Source of the DNA: Isoptericola halotolerans
GTDB taxonomy: Bacteria; Actinomycetota; Actinomycetes; Actinomycetales; Cellulomonadaceae
DNA length: 64,000 nucleotides
NCBI RefSeq assembly: GCF_013149785.1
Contig: NZ_JABEZU010000003.1
Coordinates: 434,001 to 498,000, forward strand
Direction: 5' to 3'
Part shown: one piece after another, positions 37,006 through 46,240 of the stretch
Position numbering within the stretch: the stretch's first letter is position 1
Layout of the letters: each line of letters starts with the position of its first letter
Program-made: the position numbers and the translations under genes
The notes under the pieces: generated by a model
Seen by the model: the letters and a program-made list of their open reading frames with translations, nothing else
Databases searched by the model: none
Told to the model about the DNA's origin: nothing

Positions 37006-37081
37006 TACACGCTCGCCCGCGGCTCGTGTCAACCGCGCTGCTCAGCGCCTCGCAGCACCTGCGACGCCGTCCGTTTCCCTG

Positions 37082-37101
37082 CATACCGCGCGGTCGGTAT
37101 G
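37082..37101. promoter_or_regulatory. Shared palindromic operator, copy 1
   Basis: CATACCGCGCGGTCGGTATG, overlapping the -10 TATGCT of adh. Confidence 0.8.
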
Positions 37102-37135
37102 CTAGGCGCACAGTCCACGACGAGGAGGTCGTACC

Positions 37136-38260
37136 GTGCAGATCACCGGCGCCGTGCTCGAACGCTGCGGGGCACCCGCACCCTGGGCCGACTCACGCCC
37201 GCTGACCGTCGGACCGCTCGAGCTCGACCCACCCGGCCCCGGCGAGATCGCCGTCCGCATCGAGGCCGCCGGGTTGTGCCACTCCGACCTGTCCGTCGTG
37301 GACGGCAACCGCGTGCGCCCCACCCCGATGCTGCTCGGCCACGAGGCCGCCGGCATCGTCGAGGCTGTCGGTGACGGCGTCCCTGACGACGCGGGGACCG
37401 ATGTCGGCACCCGCGTGGTCATGACCTTCCTCCCGCGCTGCGGGCGGTGCGAGGCCTGCGGCACCGACGGTCGCCTGCCCTGCTCGGTCGGGTCGGCGGC
37501 CAACGCGGCCGGCGAGCTCGTCGGCGGCGTGCGACGGCTGCACCGCGACGGCGCCGACGTCCACCACCACCTGGGCGTGAGCGCCTTCGCCACCCACGCC
37601 GTCGTGTCGGCCACGTCCGTGGTCCCCGTGCCCGACGACGTCCCCGCAGACGTCGCGGCGCTGCTCGGCTGCGCCGTGCTCACCGGCGGCGGAGCGGTGC
37701 TCAACGCGGGCCGGCCCGCCCCGGGCCAGGCGGTCACCGTCGTCGGGCTCGGGGGCGTCGGGATGGCCGCGCTGCTGGTCGCCCGGGCGCTCGGCCACGA
37801 GGTGATCGGCATCGACACGATGCCCGCCAAGCTCGACCTCGCCCATGAGCTCGGCGCCCGCGCTCTGACCCCTGCCGAGGCTCTCGACGCCGGTCTGCGC
37901 GCCCCCGTCGTGGTGGAGGCGGCCGGGAACGCACGAGCCTTCGAGACCGCCTACGCCCTCACCGCTCCCGGCGGGACGACCGTCACCGTCGGGCTGCCCG
38001 GGCCGGACGCGCGAGCGAGCATCTCCCCGCTGAGCCTCACCGCGGAGGCACGCACCGTCATCGGCTCCTACCTCGGCTCGGCCGTGCCGAGCCGCGACAT
38101 CCCCCGATACGTGGAACTCTGGCGAGCAGGACGCCTGCCGCTGGAACGACTCGTCTCGGCCCGCATCGGGCTGGACGAGCTGCCCCGCGCACTGGACCGC
38201 CTCGCCGCCGGCGAGGAGCTGCGCCAGCTGATCACCTTCGACGAGAGGAACCCCGCATGA
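37136..38260 (+). CDS. Zn-dependent alcohol dehydrogenase
   Basis: GLCHSD, GHE, CGRCEAC...C, LLGCAV, GLGGVG. Confidence 0.92.
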   Translation: MQITGAVLERCGAPAPWADSRPLTVGPLELDPPGPGEIAVRIEAAGLCHSDLSVVDGNRVRPTPMLLGHEAAGIVEAVGDGVPDDAGTDVGTRVVMTFLPRCGRCEACGTDGRLPCSVGSAANAAGELVGGVRRLHRDGADVHHHLGVSAFATHAVVSATSVVPVPDDVPADVAALLGCAVLTGGGAVLNAGRPAPGQAVTVVGLGGVGMAALLVARALGHEVIGIDTMPAKLDLAHELGARALTPAEALDAGLRAPVVVEAAGNARAFETAYALTAPGGTTVTVGLPGPDARASISPLSLTAEARTVIGSYLGSAVPSRDIPRYVELWRAGRLPLERLVSARIGLDELPRALDRLAAGEELRQLITFDERNPA

Positions 38261-39018
38261 CCAGCACCACCCCCCGCGTCGCCGTCGTCACCGGCGGCGC
38301 CCGCGGCATCGGCGCCGCGACCGCAGCCCGGCTCGCGGCCGACGGGCACGCCGTGGCCGTGCTCGACCTGCTCGAGGACGTCGCCGCCGAGACCGCCGCG
38401 AAGCTCACCGCGGACGGCCACCGCGCGATCGGCGTCGGCGTCGACGTCGCCGACGAGGAGTCCGTCACCGCCGCCGTCGGGCGCGTGGTCGCTGAGCTCG
38501 GTGCGCCGACCATCCTGGTCAACAACGCCGGCATCCTGCGCGACAACCTGCTGTTCAAGATGTCCACCGACGACTGGGACGCCGTGCTCGGCGTGCACCT
38601 GCGCGGGGCGTTCCTGGTCACCCGCGCCGTGCAGAAGCACATGATCGACGCCGGCTGGGGCCGGATCGTCAACCTGTCCAGCACCTCGGCGCTCGGCAAC
38701 CGCGGGCAGGCCAACTACGCCGCGGCCAAGGCCGGCATGCAGGGGTTCACCAAGACCCTCGCGATCGAGCTCGGCAAGTTCGGCGTCACCGCCAACGCCA
38801 TCGCGCCCGGGGTGATCGCCACCGACATGATCGCCGAGACCGCCGAGCGCGTCGGCGTCCCCCTGGAGGACTTCCTGGCGCACATGGCCAAGGAGGTCCC
38901 GGTGGGCCGCGTCGGACAGCCGCAGGACATCGCCGCCGCGGCGTCGTTCTTCTGCTCGGAGGAGGCGTCCTTCACCAGCGGCCAGGTGCTGTACGTCGCC
39001 GGTGGGCCGAAGGCGTGA
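38257..39018 (+). CDS. SDR, 3-oxoacyl reductase (FabG-like)
   Basis: TGGARGIG, NNAGILRD, GQANYAAAKAG. Confidence 0.9.
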   Translation: MTSTTPRVAVVTGGARGIGAATAARLAADGHAVAVLDLLEDVAAETAAKLTADGHRAIGVGVDVADEESVTAAVGRVVAELGAPTILVNNAGILRDNLLFKMSTDDWDAVLGVHLRGAFLVTRAVQKHMIDAGWGRIVNLSSTSALGNRGQANYAAAKAGMQGFTKTLAIELGKFGVTANAIAPGVIATDMIAETAERVGVPLEDFLAHMAKEVPVGRVGQPQDIAAAASFFCSEEASFTSGQVLYVAGGPKA

Positions 39019-39103
39019 GCGCGGGGAGCCCCTGCCAAGGGACGCCGAGGAACGAGGTGTACCGCAGCGAGGCACCGCAGCGGTCACGCGAAAGGAGAAC
39101 GGC

Positions 39104-39565
39104 ATGAGCGGTGTCATCCGCGTCGAGAGCCCCGCAGCGCTTGCCGACGCCGTCGGGCAGCAGGCGACCGGCGAGTGGTTCACGATCGACCAGGACCGGA
39201 TCGCCGCGTTCGCCGACGCCACCGAGGACCACCAGTGGATCCACCTGGACACCGAACGCGCGAAGGAGGGACCGTTCGGCACGACGATCGCGCACGGCTT
39301 CCTCACGCTGTCGCTGCTGCCGCGCCTCACCGGCGAGCTGATCGAGGTCGGCGCCGTCGCGATGGCGGTCAACTACGGGCTGGACCGGGTCCGGTTCCTC
39401 ACACCGGTACCGTCCGGCGCCCGGGTACGCGCGACCACCGAGGTCACCGGGGCGGAGCCCACCGCCCAGGGCGTGCGGCTCGCCGCGACGGTGACCATCG
39501 AGATCGAGGGGGCCGGGAAGCCTGCGCTCGTCGCCGAGAGCCTGTCGCTGTACGTCCCGGCATAG
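39104..39565 (+). CDS. MaoC-family (R)-hydratase/dehydratase
   Basis: FADATEDHQWIHLD, TIAHGFLTLS, NYGLDRVRF. Confidence 0.92.
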   Translation: MSGVIRVESPAALADAVGQQATGEWFTIDQDRIAAFADATEDHQWIHLDTERAKEGPFGTTIAHGFLTLSLLPRLTGELIEVGAVAMAVNYGLDRVRFLTPVPSGARVRATTEVTGAEPTAQGVRLAATVTIEIEGAGKPALVAESLSLYVPA

Positions 39566-39581
39566 CCAGGCAGTCCCCCGC

Positions 39582-39658
39582 CGAGCATGCGATGGCGGCC
39601 CGTCAGGAACGCCTGACGGGCCGCCATCGCATGCTCGACCGTCCTGAGGGCATGGTCG
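39582..39658. repeat. REP-like palindromic element, copy 1
   Basis: Perfect 26-bp stem (39582-39607 / 39612-39637), 4-nt loop, then N11-GGCATGGTCG. Confidence 0.85.
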
Positions 39659-39791
39659 ACACGCTGATCGGGTCGACCCGGGGTCCCCGGTCGCTGCACG
39701 TCCCGCAGCCCTCACCCTGAGCGCCGAACGTACTCGGCGGTACACACGGCGTGGTCGGCGCCGCCCGACTCCTGTCCGGCAGGATGGCCTC

Positions 39792-40271
39792 ATGCCTGAT
39801 GCGACGTCGCAGCCCCGTTCCCGCGCCCAGCGCATCACCGACACGCTGGCCATGCTGCAGAGCCCGGCCCGGGACGCCTGGGTCGCCTCGGCGTCGTCGG
39901 ACGACGACGGCGCGGCGCACCCGTACCTGATCCCGCTGTCCCTGGTCTGGTGGGACGAGCGGATCCTGCTCGCGCTCCCGGCGGCGTCCCGCACAGCACG
40001 CAGCATCGCCGCCACGTCGACGACACGACTCGCCCTGGGGCACACCCGGGACGTGGTGCTGGTCGACGCCGTCGCCGAGCAGACCGTGCCCGTGGCGGAC
40101 GCGCCGGCGGACCTCGCCGAGGGATACGCCGACCAGGCCGACTGGGATCCGCGCAGCGATCCGGAGGGCTACGTCTACCTGGTCCTGCGGCCCCTGCGCA
40201 TCCAGGCGTGGCGTGAGGTGGACGAGATGCCCGGGCGGACCGTCATGCGCGACGGCGCGTGGGTCACCTGA
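39792..40271 (+). CDS. Pyridoxamine 5'-phosphate oxidase-like (split-barrel flavin-binding) protein
   Basis: DAWVASAS, PYLIPLS, RLALGHTRDVV, DWDPR, RIQAWRE. Confidence 0.82.
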   Translation: MPDATSQPRSRAQRITDTLAMLQSPARDAWVASASSDDDGAAHPYLIPLSLVWWDERILLALPAASRTARSIAATSTTRLALGHTRDVVLVDAVAEQTVPVADAPADLAEGYADQADWDPRSDPEGYVYLVLRPLRIQAWREVDEMPGRTVMRDGAWVT

Positions 40272-40280
40272 CCCCAGGTT

Positions 40281-40360
40281 CGCCGAGCATGCGATGAGGG
40301 CCCGTCCGGTGATCCGGACGGGCCCTCATCGCATGCTCGGCGGGGCAGACGGCATGGTCG
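40281..40360. repeat. REP-like palindromic element, copy 2
   Basis: Perfect 29-bp stem (40281-40309 / 40314-40342), 4-nt loop, GGCATGGTCG at the same offset as copy 1. Confidence 0.85.
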
Positions 40361-40379
40361 GCCGGGGCAGGGGCTGGGC

Positions 40380-41603
40380 TCAGAGCCGCTCGAGCACCAT
40401 CGCCATGCCCTGGCCACCGCCGACGCACATGGTCTCCAGTCCGTAGCGACCGCCGGTCGTCTCGAGCCCGTTGAGCAGCGTCGTGGTGATCCGAGCGCCG
40501 GTCATGCCGAACGGGTGCCCGACGGCGATGGCCCCGCCGTGCACGTTGAGCTTGTCCTCGTCGATGCCCAGCTCGCGGGCCGACGGGATCACCTGGGCGG
40601 CGAACGCCTCGTTGATCTCCACCAGGTCCATGTCCTCGATCGCCAGGCCCGCGCGATCGAGGGCCTGGCGGCTGGCCTCCACGGGGCCGAGCCCCATGAT
40701 CTCCGGGGACAGACCGGTGACACCGGTGGACACGATGCGGGCCAACGGCTGCAGACCGAGCTCGTCGACCACCCGGTCCGAGACGATGACGAGCGCCGCC
40801 GCGCCGTCGTTGAGCGGGCAGGCGTTGCCGGCCGTCACGGTGCCGTCGGGCCGGAACACCGGGTCGAGGCCGGCCAGCTTCTCGACGGTGGTGCCCGGGC
40901 GCGGGCCGTCGTCGGCGGCGACGACGGTGCCGTCCGGCAGCGTCACGGGCGTGATCTCGCGCGACCAGAAGCCGTCCGCGATCGCCTGCTCGGCACGCTG
41001 CTGGGAGCGGGCGGCGAACGCGTCCTGCTCGTCGCGGCCGATGCCGTGCACCGAGGCGAGGTTCTCCGCCGTCTGCCCCATGGCGATGTACGCGTCGGGG
41101 AGCTCGCCGTCGCCGCGCGGGTCGGCCCAGACCGGCGCTCCCCCGACGGCACGCTTGGCGGTGCGCTCCGTGGCCCCGGCGAACCGAGGGTTCTCCAGGT
41201 CCTGTCCCTCGATGTAGTCCGACGAGCCCTTGACCATACGGCTCACGGACTCGGCCCCGGCGGAGACGAAGACGTCACCCTCACCGGCCTTGATGGCGTG
41301 GAACGCCATGCGGGTGGACTGCACGCTGGACGAGCAGTAGCGCGTCACGGTGGTGCCGGGGACGCCGTCCAGCCCGAGCAGGACGGCGACGATCCGCCCC
41401 ATGTTCATCCCCTGCTCGCCGCCGGGCAGGCCGCAGCCGAGGATCAGGTCGTCGATACGGTCCGGGTCGAGGGCGGGCACCTTGGCGAGCGCCGCCTCGA
41501 CCATCTGCGCGGCGAGGTCGTCGGCGCGCATCTCGCGCAGCGATCCCTTGTAGGCCCGCCCGATCGGCGAACGGGCGGTGGCCACGATGTAGGCCTCGGT
41601 CAT
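40380..41603 (-). CDS. Acetyl-CoA C-acyltransferase (thiolase)
   Basis: RYCSSS, TAGNACPLNDG, EINEAFA, GHPFGMTG, MCVGGGQG. Confidence 0.95.
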   Translation of the reverse strand: MTEAYIVATARSPIGRAYKGSLREMRADDLAAQMVEAALAKVPALDPDRIDDLILGCGLPGGEQGMNMGRIVAVLLGLDGVPGTTVTRYCSSSVQSTRMAFHAIKAGEGDVFVSAGAESVSRMVKGSSDYIEGQDLENPRFAGATERTAKRAVGGAPVWADPRGDGELPDAYIAMGQTAENLASVHGIGRDEQDAFAARSQQRAEQAIADGFWSREITPVTLPDGTVVAADDGPRPGTTVEKLAGLDPVFRPDGTVTAGNACPLNDGAAALVIVSDRVVDELGLQPLARIVSTGVTGLSPEIMGLGPVEASRQALDRAGLAIEDMDLVEINEAFAAQVIPSARELGIDEDKLNVHGGAIAVGHPFGMTGARITTTLLNGLETTGGRYGLETMCVGGGQGMAMVLERL

Positions 41604-41652
41604 GATCTGGGTCCTTTCTCGGGTCTCACACGAGTTCGTGTCGCGCGAGTCT

Positions 41653-42870
41653 TCACACGAAGGCCGCGTGGCCGGTGATCGAGCGGCCCACGATGAGCTG
41701 GTTCATGTCCCGGGTGCCCTCGAAGGTGTAGACGGCCTCGGCGTCGGCGAAGTACCGCGCCACCCCGGTGTCGAGCGTGATCCCGTTGCCGCCGCAGACC
41801 TCGCGGCTCAGGGCGACGGTCTCGCGCATCCGGGTGGTGACGAACGCCTTGGCCAGGGCGGCGTGCTGGTCGCGCTGCGCACCCTCGTCCTGCATCTGGG
41901 CGAGGCGGACGCACATCGCGAGGCTGGCGGTGATGTTGCCGAGCGAGGTGGCGAGCTTGTCCTGGACGAGCTGGTAGGACGCGATCGGGTTGCCGAACTG
42001 CTCGCGTTCCTTGGTGTACCGCACGGCGGCCTCGTAGGCGCCGATCATGGTGCCGAGCGCCTGCCAGGAGACGCCGTCACGGGTCACGCGCAGCACGTTG
42101 GCCAGGTCCTTGAAGCCGTTGATCCCCTGCAGGCGGTCCGACTCGGCGATCTCGACGTTCTCGAGCGTGATGTCGGCGTTCTGCACGATGCGCAGCGACT
42201 GCTTGCGCTCGATCTTCGTGGCGGTGAAGCCGGGCGTGCCCTTGCGCACGATGAAGCCCTTGACCTGGTCGTCGGCGGTGTCCTTGGCCCAGACGACGAC
42301 GACGTCGGCGAACGTCGCGTTGCCGATCCAGCGCTTGGCGCCGTTCAGCACCCAGGTGTCGCCGTGGCGGGTGGCGGTGGTGCGCAGACCGCGGGCGGTG
42401 TCGGACCCGGACAGCGGTTCGGTGAGGCCGAAGGCGCCGATGAGGTCGCCGCGCGCCATGGGCGGGAGCCACTGGGCGCGCTGCTCGGGCGAGCCGCCGA
42501 GGCCGATCGAGCTCATCGCCAGGCCGCTGGAGACACCGATGAAGGTGCAGAAGGAGGAGTCCACGCGGGCCAGCTCCATGCCGACCCAGCCCCGGAAGAC
42601 CGCTGAGTTCTCGAACTGGGCGGTCTCCTCCCAGGCGGCGCCGACGGAGCCGAGCTCCGCGAACGGCTTGAAGAGGTGGACGGGGCACTCGGCGCGGTCC
42701 CAGTAGTCGTCCGCGAGCGGGCGCACCTCGCGCTCCATGAAGTCGCGGACGCGGCCGACGGCTTCCTGCTCGACAGGGGTGAGCTGGTGCTGGAAGCCGT
42801 AGAAGTCGACCTCCAGCTGCTCGGGTACCGCAAGAGCGGCGGCGGGGGTCGCCGGGGTGGTGAGAGTCAT
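41653..42870 (-). CDS. Acyl-CoA dehydrogenase (glutaryl-CoA DH/ACX4-like)
   Basis: AFGLTEPLSGSD, KRWIGN, REQFGNPIASYQ, GGNGI, YTFEGT. Confidence 0.92.
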   Translation of the reverse strand: MTLTTPATPAAALAVPEQLEVDFYGFQHQLTPVEQEAVGRVRDFMEREVRPLADDYWDRAECPVHLFKPFAELGSVGAAWEETAQFENSAVFRGWVGMELARVDSSFCTFIGVSSGLAMSSIGLGGSPEQRAQWLPPMARGDLIGAFGLTEPLSGSDTARGLRTTATRHGDTWVLNGAKRWIGNATFADVVVVWAKDTADDQVKGFIVRKGTPGFTATKIERKQSLRIVQNADITLENVEIAESDRLQGINGFKDLANVLRVTRDGVSWQALGTMIGAYEAAVRYTKEREQFGNPIASYQLVQDKLATSLGNITASLAMCVRLAQMQDEGAQRDQHAALAKAFVTTRMRETVALSREVCGGNGITLDTGVARYFADAEAVYTFEGTRDMNQLIVGRSITGHAAFV

Positions 42871-42902
42871 GGTGCTCCGATCGTCGTCGATCCGTGGCGT
42901 CA

Positions 42903-42945
42903 GTGTGCATCATTCTGCGAGATGTTGCACACCTCGCGCAACATC
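42903..42945. promoter_or_regulatory. Overlapping inverted repeats, candidate operator of the QsdR-like regulator
   Basis: GTGCATCAT-N8-ATGTTGCAC and GATGTTGC-N9-GCAACATC between divergent genes. Confidence 0.6.
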
Positions 42946-42962
42946 CGGCTAGGCTGCTGCGC

Positions 42963-43616
42963 ATGCTCTCCCCGTCGAGCGACATCGCCACCGTGGGCCT
43001 GCGGGCCGCGCCGACCCGTCTGTCCGCGCGGCTCGTGCCCGGCGTCCACGCCGATGCGCTGCGCGCCTTCGAGCAGGCACGTGAGACCTTCGTCTCAGGT
43101 CACCGCATCGACATGGGCGGGCTCGCGACCGAGCTCGGCGTGGACCGCACGTCCGTCTTCCGCTGGGTCGGCAACCGCGACGCCCTGCTGTCGGAGGTGC
43201 TCTGGTCGCTCGCCGTGCCCACGCTGGTGCAGGCCGAGCGGGCAGCGTCGGAACCAGGGCCCGACGGCGCAACCCCGGTCGGCGCGGCGTACCTGGCCGC
43301 TCTCCTCAGCCACTTCGCCACCGACCTCATCGAGGCGGACTACTTCCGCACGTTCCTGAGCCGCGAGCCCGCCCGGGCGCTGCGCCTGCTGACCACCTCG
43401 GCGAGCCCCATCCAGCAGCGCTACGTCGCCACGGTCGAGCCGCTCGTGCGCGAGCACCTCGGCACCCGGCCGTTCGACGGCGCCATCGACCGGCATGCGC
43501 TCGCCTACCTGCTCGTCCGGGTCTCGGAGTCCTTCACCTACGCCGACCTCATCGCCGGCGAGCCGCCCAGCACCGACGCCGCGCGCTCCGCCTTCCGCCA
43601 CCTGCTGCGCGTCTGA
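42963..43616 (+). CDS. TetR/QsdR-family regulator
   Basis: RIDMGGLATELGVDRTSVFRWVGNRD, LAYLLVRVSESFTYAD. Confidence 0.88.
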   Translation: MLSPSSDIATVGLRAAPTRLSARLVPGVHADALRAFEQARETFVSGHRIDMGGLATELGVDRTSVFRWVGNRDALLSEVLWSLAVPTLVQAERAASEPGPDGATPVGAAYLAALLSHFATDLIEADYFRTFLSREPARALRLLTTSASPIQQRYVATVEPLVREHLGTRPFDGAIDRHALAYLLVRVSESFTYADLIAGEPPSTDAARSAFRHLLRV

Positions 43617-43650
43617 GCGCCCTCCGTTCGAGAGCACAGAGAGGACCCCT

Positions 43651-44064
43651 ATGCCCATCGTCCGCCACCCCTTCGCCCTGCGCTGGAACGACAACGACCA
43701 GTACGGCCACGTCAACAACACCGTCTACTACCAGGCCATGGACACCGCCGTGAACACCTGGATGATCCGCGAGGCCGGCCTCGACCCCGCGGGAGACGTG
43801 CGCGGCTACTGCGTGGCGTCCTCGTGCGACTTCCGTTCCCCCGTCGCCTATCCCGACGACCTCGAGGTGGGCATCGGTGTCGGGCGCCTCGGCACGACCA
43901 GCCTGACGTGGGACCTGCAGATCCTGCGCGCCGGCGACGACACCCCGGTCGCCGAGGGGCGTTTCACGCACGTGTTCGTCGACGCCGCCACCCAGCGTCC
44001 GGTGCCCGTGCCGGCGCCGATCCGGGCCGCGGTCGAGGAGCACCTGCTCGAGAAGGTCACCTGA
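43651..44064 (+). CDS. Acyl-CoA thioesterase (4HBT hotdog)
   Basis: RWNDNDQYGHVNNTVY, GRFTHVFVD. Confidence 0.9.
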   Translation: MPIVRHPFALRWNDNDQYGHVNNTVYYQAMDTAVNTWMIREAGLDPAGDVRGYCVASSCDFRSPVAYPDDLEVGIGVGRLGTTSLTWDLQILRAGDDTPVAEGRFTHVFVDAATQRPVPVPAPIRAAVEEHLLEKVT

Positions 44065-44071
44065 CTCCCGG

Positions 44072-45043
44072 TCAGCGGCCGTCCCACCATCGCAGCAGGA
44101 GAGTCCCTGCGAGCGTGAGCCACGGCGAGGGCTCCCCCACCGGCACGTCGACCTCGAACCAGACCTCGCCGGGATGGCGGTGGTCGCGGGCCCAGGTGCC
44201 GTCCGCACGTCGCGCCGCACGGACCCGCTCGACCGCCTCCGACAACCGCTCGTCCGGCGCCTCACCGTCGTAGGACGCGGCGCGGCGGACGTAGTCGGCG
44301 GCGCGCAGGATGCTGTAGTGCCCGTGGGAGGGGTGCTCGAACCGCAGCACCCAGGGCGCGAACAGCTCCCCCGTGGACCGCCGCCGCATCAGTCCACGGG
44401 CGAGCAGGTACTCCTGACCTGTCCGACGCGCCTCGCGGGCTCGGGCGTCACCGCCGACCCTCTGCTCGTAGTCCAGCAGGCCGTCGAGCACGTTGAGCGT
44501 GGACCAGAACGACGAGACCGTCGCGCCCGCGACCCACTCGCAGTTCCAGCCGCCGTCGGCCATCCGCCCGTCGACCAGGCGGTCCAGGATGCCGGTCACG
44601 TCCACCCCGAGCCAGGCGCCGTTGGCCAGGGTGAAGGCGTTGATGCAGCAGTCGACCTCGCCGTCCCAGTAGGGCAGGTCGTCGTACTCCCAGCGGCAGT
44701 CCCGAGCGAGCATCGCCGGGGTGTCGTTGTCGCGGAGGACGGCGGCGTCCAGACCCCACTCGCGCAGCGCCACGAGGGACCAGGTGGTCGCCGTCCACGG
44801 CTGGGGCGGGTCCACCTCGGCGAGCTGGACGTCGAAGTACGCCCGGCCGCCCGGGAAGTACGCGCCACCCGCCCACCGGCCGTCGTCGTCCTGCAGCGCC
44901 AGGAGCCGCGCCCCGAAGCCCTCGGTCGCGACGCGCGCCCGCGTCGCACGCCATGTCGCCTCCGGGAGGGACAGCAGGTCGCGTTCCACCTGCCACCGCA
45001 GCGCGGGGTCGGAGTCCAGCAACCACTCCGTCGTACCGGTCAT
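44072..45043 (-). CDS. Prenyltransferase/squalene cyclase repeat-like hypothetical protein
   Basis: WLLDSDPALRWQVERDL, GEVDCCIN, DGGWNCEW, GEPSPWLT. Confidence 0.8.
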   Translation of the reverse strand: MTGTTEWLLDSDPALRWQVERDLLSLPEATWRATRARVATEGFGARLLALQDDDGRWAGGAYFPGGRAYFDVQLAEVDPPQPWTATTWSLVALREWGLDAAVLRDNDTPAMLARDCRWEYDDLPYWDGEVDCCINAFTLANGAWLGVDVTGILDRLVDGRMADGGWNCEWVAGATVSSFWSTLNVLDGLLDYEQRVGGDARAREARRTGQEYLLARGLMRRRSTGELFAPWVLRFEHPSHGHYSILRAADYVRRAASYDGEAPDERLSEAVERVRAARRADGTWARDHRHPGEVWFEVDVPVGEPSPWLTLAGTLLLRWWDGR

Positions 45044-45105
45044 GCGGCGAGCGTACGGCGACGTCAGGCCGCACGCTCCGGGGAGGATGCCGGCGCGCTC
45101 GACCA

Positions 45106-45125
45106 CATACCGACCGCGCGGTATG
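45106..45125. promoter_or_regulatory. Shared palindromic operator, copy 2
   Basis: CATACCGACCGCGCGGTATG, the exact reverse complement of copy 1; overlaps TATGCT. Confidence 0.8.
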
Positions 45126-45178
45126 CTGCCAGGAGCCCCGGCACCGAGGCCGGGTCCGAGCGAGAGATGAGGTCGTCG

Positions 45179-46240
45179 ATGACCGACGTGCCCGGCCTGG
45201 ACACCGCGGGCCTGTCAGCCTGGATGGCGCGCGAGCACCCGGAGCTGGCCCCGCACCCGGACACCCCGCTGTCCGCCGAGGTCATCGCCGGGGGTCGCAG
45301 CAACCTGACGTACCGCGTCGACGGTGCGTCCCTGCCCCTGGTGCTGCGCCGCCCCCCGTTGGGTCACGTGCTGTCGAGCGCCCACGACATGCGCCGCGAG
45401 CACCGCGTGATCTCCGCGCTGGGAGCCAGTGACGTCCCCGTACCGGCGACCGTCGACGTCGTCGACGACACCACGCGCGGCGAGGTCACCGGGACCACGT
45501 TCTTCGTCATGGAGCGCGTGGAGGGCACCGTGCTCTCACGGCCCGAGCAGAACGCCGGCTTCACCACCTCGGGGCTGCACCACCTCGGCCTCACCCTCGC
45601 CCGGACCCTCGCGGACCTGCACCGGGTGGAACCCGCCGACGTCGGCCTGGCCGACTTCGGCCGCCCCGACGGCTACCTCGACCGTCAGCTCACCACCTGG
45701 CGGCGCCAGTACGACGCGTCGCGCTCGCGCGGGCTCCCCGCCCTGGACGAGCTGCAGGAACGGCTCACCAGCCATGTCCCGGACTCGGGCCGGACGGGCA
45801 TCGTGCACGGTGACTACCGCCTCGACAACGTGCTCGTCGCCGGCACCCGGCAGCGGCCCACGATCGCGGCCGTCCTCGACTGGGAGATGGCCACGCTCGG
45901 CGACCCCCTCGTCGACCTCGGCCTGCTGGGTCTCTACTGGGACATCCGCTCGCTCTCGGCGGGAGCCGTCGCCGCGAGCGCCGTCGTCCCCGACGTCGGC
46001 TACCCGACGTTCGACGAGCTCGTCGACACCTACGCCGCCCGCACCGGGACGACGACGCCCGACCTGTGGTGGTACCGGGCCTTCGCCGCCTACAAGCTCG
46101 CGGTGATCCTCGAGGGGATCCACTACCGCTACCGTGCCGGCGAGACCGTCGGCGACGGGTTCGACACCATCGGCGACCTCGTCGCCCCGCTCGCCGCCGA
46201 CGGTCTCGCCCGGGCGGCGGCCCGACCCAGGAGCACCTGA
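45179..46240 (+). CDS. APH-family phosphotransferase (ACAD10/11 N-terminal or LvaA-like)
   Basis: GGRSNLTY, LRRPP, AHDMRRE, VHGDYRLDN, LDWEMATLGDP. Confidence 0.92.
   Translation: MTDVPGLDTAGLSAWMAREHPELAPHPDTPLSAEVIAGGRSNLTYRVDGASLPLVLRRPPLGHVLSSAHDMRREHRVISALGASDVPVPATVDVVDDTTRGEVTGTTFFVMERVEGTVLSRPEQNAGFTTSGLHHLGLTLARTLADLHRVEPADVGLADFGRPDGYLDRQLTTWRRQYDASRSRGLPALDELQERLTSHVPDSGRTGIVHGDYRLDNVLVAGTRQRPTIAAVLDWEMATLGDPLVDLGLLGLYWDIRSLSAGAVAASAVVPDVGYPTFDELVDTYAARTGTTTPDLWWYRAFAAYKLAVILEGIHYRYRAGETVGDGFDTIGDLVAPLAADGLARAAARPRST

Noticed and set aside
44072..45043. Squalene cyclase-like gene as a terpene cluster
   Set aside because: Too short, no DXDD motif seen, and no isoprenoid genes nearby.
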